A stretch of DNA of 64,000 nt from Tubulanus polymorphus (GCF_964204645.1 NW_027437460.1:1-64000), one strand, 5' to 3'. Positions 1-10,793 are shown, numbered from the stretch's first letter. Numbers and translations are program-made. The notes: generated by a model from the letters alone, not told the origin.

Positions 1-1638
1 ACCCCCTACCCCTAACCCTACCCCTACCCTAACCCTACCCCTACCCCTCACCCACACCCTACCCCTAACCCTAACCCTAACCCTAACCCTAACCCTAACC
101 CTAACCCTAACCCTAACCCTACCCCTAACCCTACCCCAACCCCTAACCCTAACCCTAACCCTAACCCTAACCCTAACCCTACCCTACCCCTAACCCTACC
201 CCTAACCCTAACCCTAACCCTAACCCTAACCCTAACCCTAACCCTAACCCTAACCCTAACCCTAACCCCTAACCCTACCCTACCCAACCCTACCCCTAAC
301 CCTAACCCTAACCCTACCCTAACCCTAACCCTAACCCTAACCCTAACCCTAACCCTAACCCTAACCCTAACCCTAACCCTAACCCTAACCCTAACCCTAA
401 CCCTAACCCTAACCCTAACCCTAACCCTAACCCTAACCCTAACCCTAACCCTAACCCTAACCCTAACCCTAACCCTAACCCTAACCCTAACCCTAACCCT
501 AACCCTAACCCTAACCCTAACCCTAACCCTAACCCTAACCCTAACCCTAACCCTAACCCTAACCCTAACCCTAACCCTAACCCTAACCCTAACCCTAACC
601 CTAACCCTAACCCTAACCCTAACCCTAACCCTAACCCTAACCCTAACCCTAACCCTAACCCTAACCCTAACCCTAACCCTAACCCTAACCCTAACCCTAA
701 CCCTAACCCTAACCCTAACCCTAACCCTAACCCTAACCCTAACCCTAACCCTAACCCTAACCCTAACCCTAACCCTAACCCTAACCCTAACCCTAACCCT
801 AACCCTAACCCTAACCCTAACCCTAACCCTAACCCTAACCCTAACCCTAACCCTAACCCTAACCCTAACCCTAACCCTAACCCTAACCCTAACCCTAACC
901 CTAACCCTAACCCTAACCCTAACCCTAACCCTAACCCTAACCCTAACCCTAACCCTAACCCTAACCCTAACCCTAACCCTAACCCTAACCCTAACCCTAA
1001 CCCTAACCCTAACCCTAACCCTAACCCTAACCCTAACCCTAACCCTAACCCTAACCCTAACCCTAACCCTAACCCTAACCCTAACCCTAACCCTAACCCT
1101 AACCCTAACCCTAACCCTAACCCTAACCCTAACCCTAACCCTAACCCTAACCCTAACCCTAACCCTAACCCTAACCCTAACCCTAACCCTAACCCTAACC
1201 CTAACCCTAACCCTAACCCTAACCCTAACCCTAACCCTAACCCTAACCCTAACCCTAACCCTAACCCTAACCCTAACCCTAACCCTAACCCTAACCCTAA
1301 CCCTAACCCTAACCCTAACCCTAACCCTAACCCTAACCCTAACCCTAACCCTAACCCTAACCCTAACCCTAACCCTAACCCTAACCCTAACCCTAACCCT
1401 AACCCTAACCCTAACCCTAACCCTAACCCTAACCCTAACCCTAACCCTAACCCTAACCCTAACCCTAACCCTAACCCTAACCCTAACCCTAACCCTAACC
1501 CTAACCCTAACCCTAACCCTAACCCTAACCCTAACCCTAACCCTAACCCTAACCCTAACCCTAACCCTAACCCTAACCCTAACCCTAACCCTAACCCTAA
1601 CCCTAACCCTAACCCTAACCCTAACCCTAACCCTAACC
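1..1638 (-). repeat. Telomeric repeat array (CCCTAA)n / (TTAGGG)n, left chromosome end
   Basis: Pure CCCTAA tandem from about 320 to 1638. The first ~320 bp are degenerate (CCCTA, CCCCTAA, CCCA variants). The C-rich strand is on + at the window start, as expected for a left terminus. Confidence 0.99.
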
Positions 1639-2664
1639 ACTTTCAAAGGCCCGCGATTCGAGACAAGTGGCACAGTAGACACCAAAGTCTACTTCAAACC
1701 AACCGATTCGCATCAATTACTACATCGATCCTCGTTTCACCCTAAACACACATTTTCCGGTATAGTTAAAAGTCAAATTCTCCGGTTCCGGCGCATCTGC
1801 AATAACGATTCGGACTTACACGCAGCGACCGGAACCGTCCTTAAAGTACTCAGAGGTCGTGGCTACAAAGACCGCGAACTGCGACACATCAAAAGCCAAG
1901 CTCTACGGCACCACGCCGAACGAGATCTACGAGAACAACAACGGGCCGACGAACCGCCGAAAAAGCGTTTACCGCTTATCTTACCTCACTCCGAAGCCAA
2001 CCGAACCCTAGCCCGTAACATCCGAACCAGATTTACGGAACTGGCTACGGCCACCGGCCGGTCTGACGAGGTAACCACGGTCACCGCCTACACCAAGCAC
2101 AAGAGTCTCAAAGATCTCCTAACTTCGTCGCAGCTCAAACCCACGGAGCCACCCCCTCCCCGAGTCCCCTCTTCACCGCATCGTAACAGAAATACTTCCG
2201 TTGTTTCCAATTCTTCTATTTCCAGGTCTACTCAAAGAACTCCGTCAACCCGACGTCGAGGCACCGAGAAATGCAGAACACCGAGATGTCGTACGTGTCC
2301 ACTCGTCCGAGAAACAACCGTTTGCCGCAGCCACAACAAAATGCACGCGATCCGCAGCACAATTAATTGCGCGACCCGTGAAATTGTATACTGCATCGAA
2401 TGCACCAAGTGCAACATGCTGTACGTCGGCCAAACCGGAATGTCTCTACGAGAACGCGTCACTCATCACGTCTCACGCATCAGAACGAAGAATTCGACTC
2501 CAGTCTCGGACCACTTCAACCAAGTCGACCACACCCGCGAACACTTTCGGGTGTACGGTCTCCAACACCTACCAGGCTCCACGAGACCGATCCGCGAAGC
2601 AGCCGAACAAAACTGGATACGACGACTCGATACGAACACGCCCCGAGGCATGAACGTCCCGTAG
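1639..2664 (+). CDS. Partial PLE polyprotein (341 aa, no start codon): RT C-terminus/thumb, Cys-rich linker, GIY-YIG endonuclease
   Basis: Manual translation of frame +1 shows no stop from 1639 to TAG at 2662-2664. Thumb region: TFKGPRFETSGTVDTKVYFKPTDSHQLLHRSSFHPKHTFSGIVKSQILRFRRICNN...LRGRGY, matching the PLE pattern YxKPT...SxHP...Q..R..RIC...GY. Then AYTKHKSLKDLL, the linker C-x4-C-x2-C-x23-C (2272-2370), and IVYCIECTKCNMLYVGQT...LRER..HH...SDHF...H...REAAEQNWI...GMN (GIY-YIG with R, E, N and CCHH residues). The ORF track shows only the last 107 aa (2341-2664). Confidence 0.93.
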   Translation, partial: TFKGPRFETSGTVDTKVYFKPTDSHQLLHRSSFHPKHTFSGIVKSQILRFRRICNNDSDLHAATGTVLKVLRGRGYKDRELRHIKSQALRHHAERDLREQQRADEPPKKRLPLILPHSEANRTLARNIRTRFTELATATGRSDEVTTVTAYTKHKSLKDLLTSSQLKPTEPPPPRVPSSPHRNRNTSVVSNSSISRSTQRTPSTRRRGTEKCRTPRCRTCPLVRETTVCRSHNKMHAIRSTINCATREIVYCIECTKCNMLYVGQTGMSLRERVTHHVSRIRTKNSTPVSDHFNQVDHTREHFRVYGLQHLPGSTRPIREAAEQNWIRRLDTNTPRGMNVP

Positions 2665-2732
2665 ACCGCCTCACTACAACAATTAACTCTCACTACTTTT
2701 TTACAGGGATAACCCGCTGCCCGTGCACTAGT

Positions 2733-2761
2733 GGGGTCTCCAAACCTTCGGTTTGGTCCCC
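2733..2761 (+). other. Predicted stem-loop in the PLE 3' UTR
   Basis: CCAAACC (2740-2746), TTC loop, GGTTTGG (2750-2756) form a perfect 7-bp stem. It is extended by GGGG (2733-2736) pairing with CCCC (2758-2761). Confidence 0.7.
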
Positions 2762-2798
2762 TAACCTCTATCTCTAAACCTAACCCTAACCCTAACCC
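2758..2798 (+). repeat. Short internal telomeric tract at the PLE 3' end / satellite junction
   Basis: CCCCTAA CCTCTA TCTCTAA ACC followed by (TAACCC)3 at 2781-2798, in the same polarity as the terminal array. Confidence 0.92.
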
Positions 2799-5700
2799 TT
2801 CAACCCATCTACTCGAAATCAGTTCAGTTTACCTTAACCTATCATTTCAGATCGAATCCATCATCTTCAGGAGCAAAAGTAGCTAGAAAATTCTTAATCT
2901 TTCCACCTATCTATTTCAAATCAGTTCAATACGCCAAAAACTATCTTTTCAGATTGAATCCATCATCTTCAGAAGCAAAAGAAGCCAGAAAATTCTGAAT
3001 CTTTCAAACAGTCTATTGAAAATCAGTTCAGTACACCCTAACCCACCAATTAAGATAGAATTCATCATCTTTAGGACCATATTTAGCTAGAAAAATCTGT
3101 ATCTTTCAACCCATCTACTCGAAATCAGTTCAGTTTACCTTAACCTATCATTTCAGATCGAATTCATCATCTTCAGGAGCATTTAGTAGCCAGAAAATTC
3201 TTAATCTTTCCACCTATCTATTTCAAATCAGTTCAATACGCCTAAACCCATCTTTTCAGATTGAATCCATCATCTTCAGAAGCAAAAGAAGCCAGAAAAT
3301 TCTGAATCTTTCAAACAGTCTATTGAAAATCAGTTCAGTACACCCTAACCCACCAATTAAGATAGAATTCATCATCTTTAGGACCATATTTAGCTAGAAA
3401 AATCTGTATCTTTCAACCCATCTACTCGAAATCAGTTCAGTTTACCTTAACCTATCATTTCAGATCGAATTCATCATCTTCAGGAGCATTTAGTAGCCAG
3501 AAAATTCTTAATCTTTCCACCTATCTATTTCAAATCAGTTCAATACGCCTAAACCCATCTTTTCAGATTGAATCCATCATCTTCAGAAGCAAAAGCAGCC
3601 AGAAAATTCTGAATCTTTCAAACAGTCTATTGAAAATCAGTTCAGTACACCCTAACCCACCAATTAAGATAGATTCATCATCTTTAGGACCATATTTAGC
3701 TAGAAAAATCTGTATCTTTCAACCCATCTACTCGAAATCAGTTCAGTTTACCTTAACCTATCATTTCAGATCGAATCCATCATCTTCAGGAGCAAAAGTA
3801 GCTAGAAAATTCTTAATCTTTCCACCTATCTATTTGAAGTCAGTTCAATACGCCTTAACCCATCTTTTCAGATTGAAACCATCATCTTCAGAAGCAAAAG
3901 CAGCCAGAAAATTCTGAATCTTTCAAACAGTCTATTGAAAATCAGTTCAGTACACCCTAACCCACCAATTAAGATAGAATTCATCATCTTTAGGACCATA
4001 TTTAGCTAGAAAAATCTGTATCTTTCAACCCATCCACCAAAAATCAGTTCAGTTTACCTTAACCTATCATTTCAGATCGAATCCATCATCTTCAGGAGCA
4101 AAAGTAGCTAGAAATTTCTTAATCTTTCCACCTATCTATTTGAAGTCAGTTCAATACGCCTTAACCCATCTTTTCAGATTGAAACCATCATCTTCAGAAG
4201 CAAAAGCAGCCAGAAAATTCTGAATCTTTCAAACAGTCTATTGAAAATCAGTTCAGTACACCCTAACCCACCAATTAAGATAGAATTCATCATCTTTAGG
4301 ACCATATTTAGCTAGAAAAATCTGTATCTTTCAACCCATCTACTCGAAATCAGTTTAGTTTACCTTAACCTATCATTTGAGATCGAATCCATCATCTTCA
4401 GGAGCAAAAGTAGCTAGAAAATTCTTAATCTTTCCACCTATCTATTTCAAATCAGTTCAATACGCCTAAACCCATCTTTTCAGATTGAATCCATCATCTT
4501 CAGAAGCAAAAGAAGCCAGAAAATTCTGAATCTTTCAAACAGTCTATTGAAAATCAGTTCAGTACTCCCTAACCCACCAATTAAGATAGAATTCATCATC
4601 TTTAGGACCATATTTAGCTAGAAAAATCTGTATCTTTCAACCCATCTACTCGAAATCAGTTCAGTTTACCTTAACCTATCATTTCAGATCGAATCTATCA
4701 TCTTCAGGAGCAAAAGTAGCTAGAAAATTCTTAATCTTTCCACCTATCTATTTCAAATCAGTTCAATACGCCTTAACCCATCTTTTCAGATTGAAACCAT
4801 CATCTTCAGAAGCAAAAGCAGCCAGAAAATTCTGAATCTTTCAAACAGTCTATTGAAAATCAGTTCAGTACACCCTAACCCACCAATTAAGATAGAATTC
4901 ATCATCTTTAGGACCATATTTAGCTAGAAAAATCTGTATCTTTCAACCCATCTACTCGAAATCAGTTTAGTTTACCTTAACCTATCATTTGAGATCGAAT
5001 CCATCATCTTCAGGAGCATTTAGTAGCCAGAAAATTCTTAATCTTTCCACCTATCTATTTCAAATCAGTTCAATACGCCTAAACCCATCTTTTCAGATTG
5101 AATCCATCATCTTCAGAAGCAAAAGCAGCCAGAAAATTCTGAATCTTTCAAACAGTCTATTGAAAATCAGTTCAGTACACCCTAACCCACCAATTAAGAT
5201 AGAATTCATCATCTTTAGGACCATATTTAGCTAGAAAAATCTGTATCTTTCAACCCATCTACTCGAAATCAGTTCAGTTTACCTTAACCTATCATTTCAG
5301 ATCGAATCTATCATCTTCAGGAGCAAAAGTAGCTAGAAAATTCTTAATCTTTCCACCTATCTATTTCAAATCAGTTCAATACGCCTAAACCCATCTTTTC
5401 AGATTGAAACCATCATCTTCAGAAGCAAAAGCAGCCAGAAAATTCTGAATCTTTCAAACAGTCTATTGAAAATCAGTTCAGTACACCCTAACCCACCAAT
5501 TAAGATAGAATTCATCATCTTTAGGACCATATTTAGCTAGAAAAATCTGTATCTTTCAACCCATCTACTCGAAATCAGTTCAGTTTACCTTAACCTATCA
5601 TTTCAGATCGAATCCATCATCTTCAGGAGCATGTAGTAGCCAGAAAATTCTTAATCTTTCCACCTATCTATTTCAAATCAGTTCAATACGCCTAAACCCA

Positions 5701-8247
5701 TCTTTTCAGATTGAATCCATCATCTTCAGAAGCAAAAGCAGCCAGAAAATCCTGAATCTTTCAAACAGTCTATTGAAAATCAGTTCAGTACACCCTAACC
5801 CACCAATTAAGATAGAATTCATCATCTTTAGGACCATATTTAGCTAGAAAAATCTGTATCTTTCAACCGATCTACTCGAAATCAGTTCACTTTACCTTAA
5901 CCAATCATTTCAGATCGAATCCATCATCTTCAGGAGCAAAAGTAGCTAGAAAATTCTTAATCTTTCCACCTATCTATTTGAAATCAGTTCAATACGCCTA
6001 AACCCATCTTTTCAGATTGAATCCATCATCTTCAGAAGCAAAAGCAGCCAGAAAATTCTGAATCTTTCAAACAGTCTATTGAAAATCAGTTCAGTACTCC
6101 CTAACCCACCAATTAAGATAGATTCATCATCTTTGGGACTATATTTAGCTAGAAAAATCTGTATCTTTCAACCCATCTACTCGAAATCAGTTCAGTATAC
6201 CTTAACCTATCATTTGAGATCGAATCCATCATCTTCAGGAGCAAAAGTAGCTAGAAAATTCTTAATCTTTCCACCTATCTATTTCAAATCAGTTCAATAC
6301 GCCAAAAACTATCTTTTCAGATTGAATCCATCACCTTCAGAAGCAAAAGAAGCCAGAAAATTCTGAATCTTTCAAACAGTCTATTGAAAATCAGTTCAGT
6401 ACACCCTAACCCACCAATTAAGATAGAATTCATCATCTTTAGGACCATATTTAGCTAGAAAAATCTGTATCTTTCAACCCATCTACTCGAAATCAGTTCA
6501 GTTTACCTTAACCTATCATTCCAGATCGAATTCATCATCTTCAGGAGCATTTAGTAGCCAGAAAATTCTTAATCTTTCCACCTATCTATTTCAAATCAGT
6601 TCAATACGCCTAAACCCATCTTTTCAGATTGAATCCATCATCTTCAGAAGCAAAAGCAGCCAGAAAATTCTGAATCTTTCAAACAATCTATTGAAAATCA
6701 GTTCAGTACACCCTAACACACCAATTAAGATAGATTCATCATCTTTAGGACCATATTTAGCTAGAAAAATCTGTATCTTTCAACCCATCTACTCGAAATC
6801 AGTTCAGTTTACCTTAACCTATCATTTCAGATCGAATCCATCATCTTCAGGAGCATTTAGTAGCCAGAAAATTCTTAATCTTTCCACCTATCTATTTCAA
6901 ATCAGTTCAATACGCCTAAACCCATCTTTTCGGATTGAAACCATCATCTTCAGAAGCAAAAGCAGCCAGAAAATTCTGAATCTTTCAAACAGTCTATTGA
7001 AAATCAGTTCAGTACACCCTAACCCACCAATTAAGATAGAATTCATCATCTTTAGGACCATATTTAGCTAGAAAAATCTGTATCTTTCAACCGATCTACT
7101 CGAAATCAGTTCAGTTTACCTTAACCTATCATTTCAGATCGAATCCATCATCTTCAGGAGCAAAAGTAGCTAGAAAATTCTTAATCTTTCCACCTATCTA
7201 TTTGAAGTCAGTTCAATACGCCTTAACCCATCTTTTCAGATTGAAACCATCATCTTCAGAAGCAAAAGCAGCCAGAAAATTCTGAATCTTTCAAACAGTC
7301 TATTGAAAATCAGTTCAGTACACCCTAACCCACCAATTAAGATAGAATTCATCATCTTTAGGACCATATTTAGCTAGAAAAATCTGTATCTTTCAACCCA
7401 TCTACTCGAAATCAGTTCAGTTTACCTTAACCTATCATTTCAGATCGAATCTATCATCATCAGGAGCAAAAGTAGCTAGAAAATTCTTAATCTTTCCACC
7501 TATCTATTTCAAATCAGTTCAATACGCCTAAACCCATCTTTTCAGATTGAAACCACCATCTTCAGAAGCAAAAGCAGCCAGAAAATTCTGAATCTTTCAA
7601 ACAGTCTATTGAAAATCAGTTCAGTACACCCTAACCCACCAATTAAGATAGAATTCATCATCTTTAGGACCATATTTAGCTAGAAAAATCTGTATCTTTC
7701 AACCAATCTACTCGAAATCAGTTCAGTTTACCTTAACCTATCATTTCAGATCGAATCTATCATCTTCAGGAGCAAAAGTAGCTAGAAAATTCTTAATCTT
7801 TCCACCTATCTATTTCAAATCAGTTCAATACGCCTAAACCCATCTTTTCAGATTGAAACCACCATCTTCAGAAGCAAAAGCAGCCAGAAAATTCTGAATC
7901 TTTCAAACAGTCTATTGAAAATCAGTTCAGTACACCCTAACCCACCAATTAAGATAGAATTCATCATCTTTAGGACCATATTTAGCTAGAAAAATCTGTA
8001 TCTTTCAACCGATCTACTCGAAATCAGTTCACTTTACCTTAACCAATCATTTCAGATCGAATCCATCATCTTCAGGAGCAAAAGTAGCCAGAAAATTCTT
8101 AATCTTTCCACCTATCTATTTGAAATCAGTTCAATACGCCTAAACCCATCTTTTCAGATTGAATCCATCATCTTCAGAAGCAAAAGCAGCCAGAAAATTC
8201 TGAATCTTTCAAACAGTCTATTGAAAATCAGTTCAGTACTCCCTAAC
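2799..8247. repeat. Subtelomeric satellite, 306-bp monomer (3 x 102-bp subunits A-B-C), distal block of about 18 monomers
   Basis: Subunits start ATCTTTCAACCCATC (A), ATCTTTCCACCTATC (B) and ATCTTTCAAACAGTC (C). Each counts 102 bp and shares AAATCAGTTCA and CATCATCTT at the same offsets. Monomers are 305-307 bp. The block begins a few bases into subunit A. Confidence 0.98.
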
Positions 8248-8366
8248 CACGACGGTACGAGTAAAGGCAAATGCGACCATGTCGAACGTTATGACGTAGC
8301 GCGTCTCTATTGGTTAAATTGATTTTTGCGCTAAAAATAGCTTCGCGGTTGAGCGCGCGTGTTGAA
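8248..8366 (+). repeat. Left TIR plus degenerate subterminal inverted repeat
   Basis: Motifs GCGACCATG (8273), GTTATGACGT (8288), CTAAAAATA (8331), CGCGGT (8344) and CGCGTGTTGAA (8356) are mirrored in order at the right end. Confidence 0.75.
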
Positions 8367-9823
8367 TGAATACGGAACGGCACCCGGAGTAATGTCACGT
8401 TTTAAGGTATTAAGTATTTGGGATTCGAACCGAAGCATATCTAAAATGAAAATATACGTGTTTTAGCGTTTAGCTATGTTCCAGTTTTCTCAACTTTCGC
8501 CATATTAATTTCCCAGGGCGGCGCTGAAAACCAGGAAGTAATTTTGTCATTTTGCCGGTTTTGGGCCTCCGAAATCTCAAAGTTTTGGAAGAATTTAAGG
8601 TAGAATAGACAGTTCAGTCATCCAAATACCCAATAGTATTAAAACCCATCTAAAAACGAATCGAATGATACCTTATATGTCTATATGGCATTGGAAATAA
8701 GTGAGATATTCCCAGTTTCTCGTACTACTTCAAAACTAATTTTATGAGCTTGCGTTTTTACCTTATTAATTTTGATGACTTTTACTCGAATATAATTGGG
8801 TTCATTCGAAATCTGAAAACATACGTAATTAGATCTTGTTCTCCTGTCAATTTTGATATATAGAATGTGTACTCCCTATTACGAGTTGACTTAGAATTTG
8901 CGTCATCAAGTTAGGCCTAATCGTAAACTGCGGACCAAATTCGAAAATTATTGTAATTGGACTAGTGCCACAGTCTATAAAACACATACTGAGACTTATT
9001 GAATCCTGAAATGAAGGACTGTTATGAGAATAATCATTTGGCATAAGGAAATATTGAATTCGTTGCGTAATATGCCTAAACTAGGATTTTCCACGAGAAT
9101 GGTGTAAAAGCGCAGGCGTTACCTCAATTTTGGCTCTGACACAGAAATTTGTGTGCAGGTCTTCGGGTGGTGGGGCCATTTTTGTAGGGGATTTCCCTGA
9201 AAATTCTGACTAATTACAGCGCAGTCACAGTGAAAATTGATTAATACAGACTCGAAAATGTGTGTCTGTCCTGTCCAACAGTGCCGCACCCTTGTTGTGG
9301 AAACGGCTAAAGGGAAATAAATTTGATTGATCTGTTTCTCGTGGAAAACCAGCCTATGGCTCATTTTCACGCATCTCACATCTAATGTCGAATTCAGTTT
9401 TGTTTGAAAGGATATCAGGTTGTCTAGCTCAGTTAGTGTTTAGCGTAGGCCTACTAGGGACCTATGTATATTGTATTGGAAGATTGCCAAAAATCTTTGA
9501 ATTGTAAATTTTATTTTAAAGATAATATATTTTTTGTTTTATAGGATTCGTCAGTTATTTGTCAGACATAGCAGATATTTTATAACCGATGTTTCCCATT
9601 CAAATGTAAGTTGTATCAAGCAGAAATTTGCAATTTTTTCATATTTATTTGTTCATAACATAATATTGACATTTGTTTATTTCAGGTAGATGGCAAGTAG
9701 CGTGCATTTGGTTCTGATGGTACCCATGGAATTCAGCAGTTGGCCTTCCATATCATATCAATAAATTTTACAAATTAGTAACCGCAATTGCTCAAATAGC
9801 TTGTTGCATTCAAAGCTTCTGTC

Positions 9824-10343
9824 TCATTGTTTTAGGTTTGAAATAAAAGATTGATGTACTTTCAATTTGCTTCTTTTTCTGACTGCGATATATATTACCA
9901 CGTCTACAGCTCGTTGAACCCGCGTTTCAAAGTATGCGGGTTCATATAAACCCAGCGTTTGCAGGGCTGCATCTACACTTAATTTAGCTCCAGTAACTGA
10001 ATCCACATCTGTAGAGTTTTTCGTGAACATAGGTTCAATTCTCAATAGGTTATATAACTCCTTTTTCAAAAACCTGGCTTTTTGCATTCAACCCGTATTT
10101 CGAGCTTAGTGTAGACGCATAACCTCGGTATAAGATGCAAGTGTAGAAGAAGCTTCTCTTATTTTCTTCTGTTAGTAGGAATGAATAGGAATTCACGACT
10201 TCAGGAATACGCATATGAAAAAGCTCTTTTATATGTTTAGATTTATTCAAACATCTAAGTGAAAAGATGGAAACAAGTAAAATCTTGACAATCCCCAGTT
10301 TTAAGATTCAACTTCATGTCCTTGTACTTGATATCTGCATCAC
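9824..10343 (-). pseudogene. Possible decayed coding exon inside the transposon (product unidentified)
   Basis: A strong acceptor (TTTTTGTTTGCTTTTATTCATCTTTAG|G at 10344/10343) precedes two overlapping open frames (10050-10304 and 9824-10087) that a frameshift near 10060-10075 would join. No recognisable domain. Confidence 0.25.
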
Positions 10344-10793
10344 CTAAAGATGAATAAAAGCAAACAAAAAATTCAATTGATTGCTGAAAGTTAAATGATT
10401 CAATACAGCAGCGATGACTACAGATGATGTATTTACCATTCAGTCAGTGAGGCCTACTCACTTTTTATCATCTCCAATCCTGTAAACCTGGCTTTTCTAG
10501 TCACAAGTTGACCTCTAAATTAGCATTGTTCGGGTTCCTGTAACAGGCTGAACTCTCTGAAAAAAAACATTGCCTTTGAAATAAAAAAAATTGCATGTGG
10601 AAATTTATTTCAAGACTTCATAGTTATGTAAATAAATGTCATGAATAGCCTACCTTCTTACGACTCTAAGAGGCCTAGGCCTACTTTTCGGGTCCATGGA
10701 AAAATCATTCACTAGTAGATAGGTGGTCTGTCAAAAATGTTTCCTAAAAATAAGATAAGTAGCAGTGAGTACACTACCTACAAGTTCACTCAA

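Larger units (their letters stand above)
1639..2798 (+). mobile_element. 5'-truncated Penelope-like retroelement (endonuclease-bearing, Neptune-like) in terminal position between telomere and satellite
   Basis: Contains an RT-thumb/GIY-YIG frame (1639-2664), a ~110-nt 3' UTR and a 3' tract of degenerate then perfect CCCTAA repeats (2758-2798). The 5' end abuts the telomere array directly. It is visibly more GC- and CpG-rich than the satellite. Confidence 0.93.

Noticed and set aside
1-320. Variant telomeric repeats at the extreme tip
   Set aside because: They are mostly homopolymer-length changes at the low-coverage contig end, so sequencing or consensus error is more likely than biology.
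48-1685. 545-aa (VR)n ORF on the minus strand
   Set aside because: It is a translation of TTAGGG repeats. The start is a non-ATG codon (TTG) antisense to the PLE, and nothing in the sequence supports expression.
2063-2100. CTGACGAG as a hammerhead ribozyme core
   Set aside because: No GAAA follows a stem II, and it lies inside the coding frame.
2665-2760. SECIS element (as in selenoprotein-coding Naiad PLEs)
   Set aside because: There is no in-frame TGA in the surviving ORF and no AUGA...AA...GA core in the UTR.
2201-2777. Alternative ORFs overlapping the PLE (2201-2653, 2400-2777, 2232-2462, 2245-2433, 2466-2693)
   Set aside because: They are shadow frames of a GC-rich coding region. Only frame +1 carries recognisable motifs.
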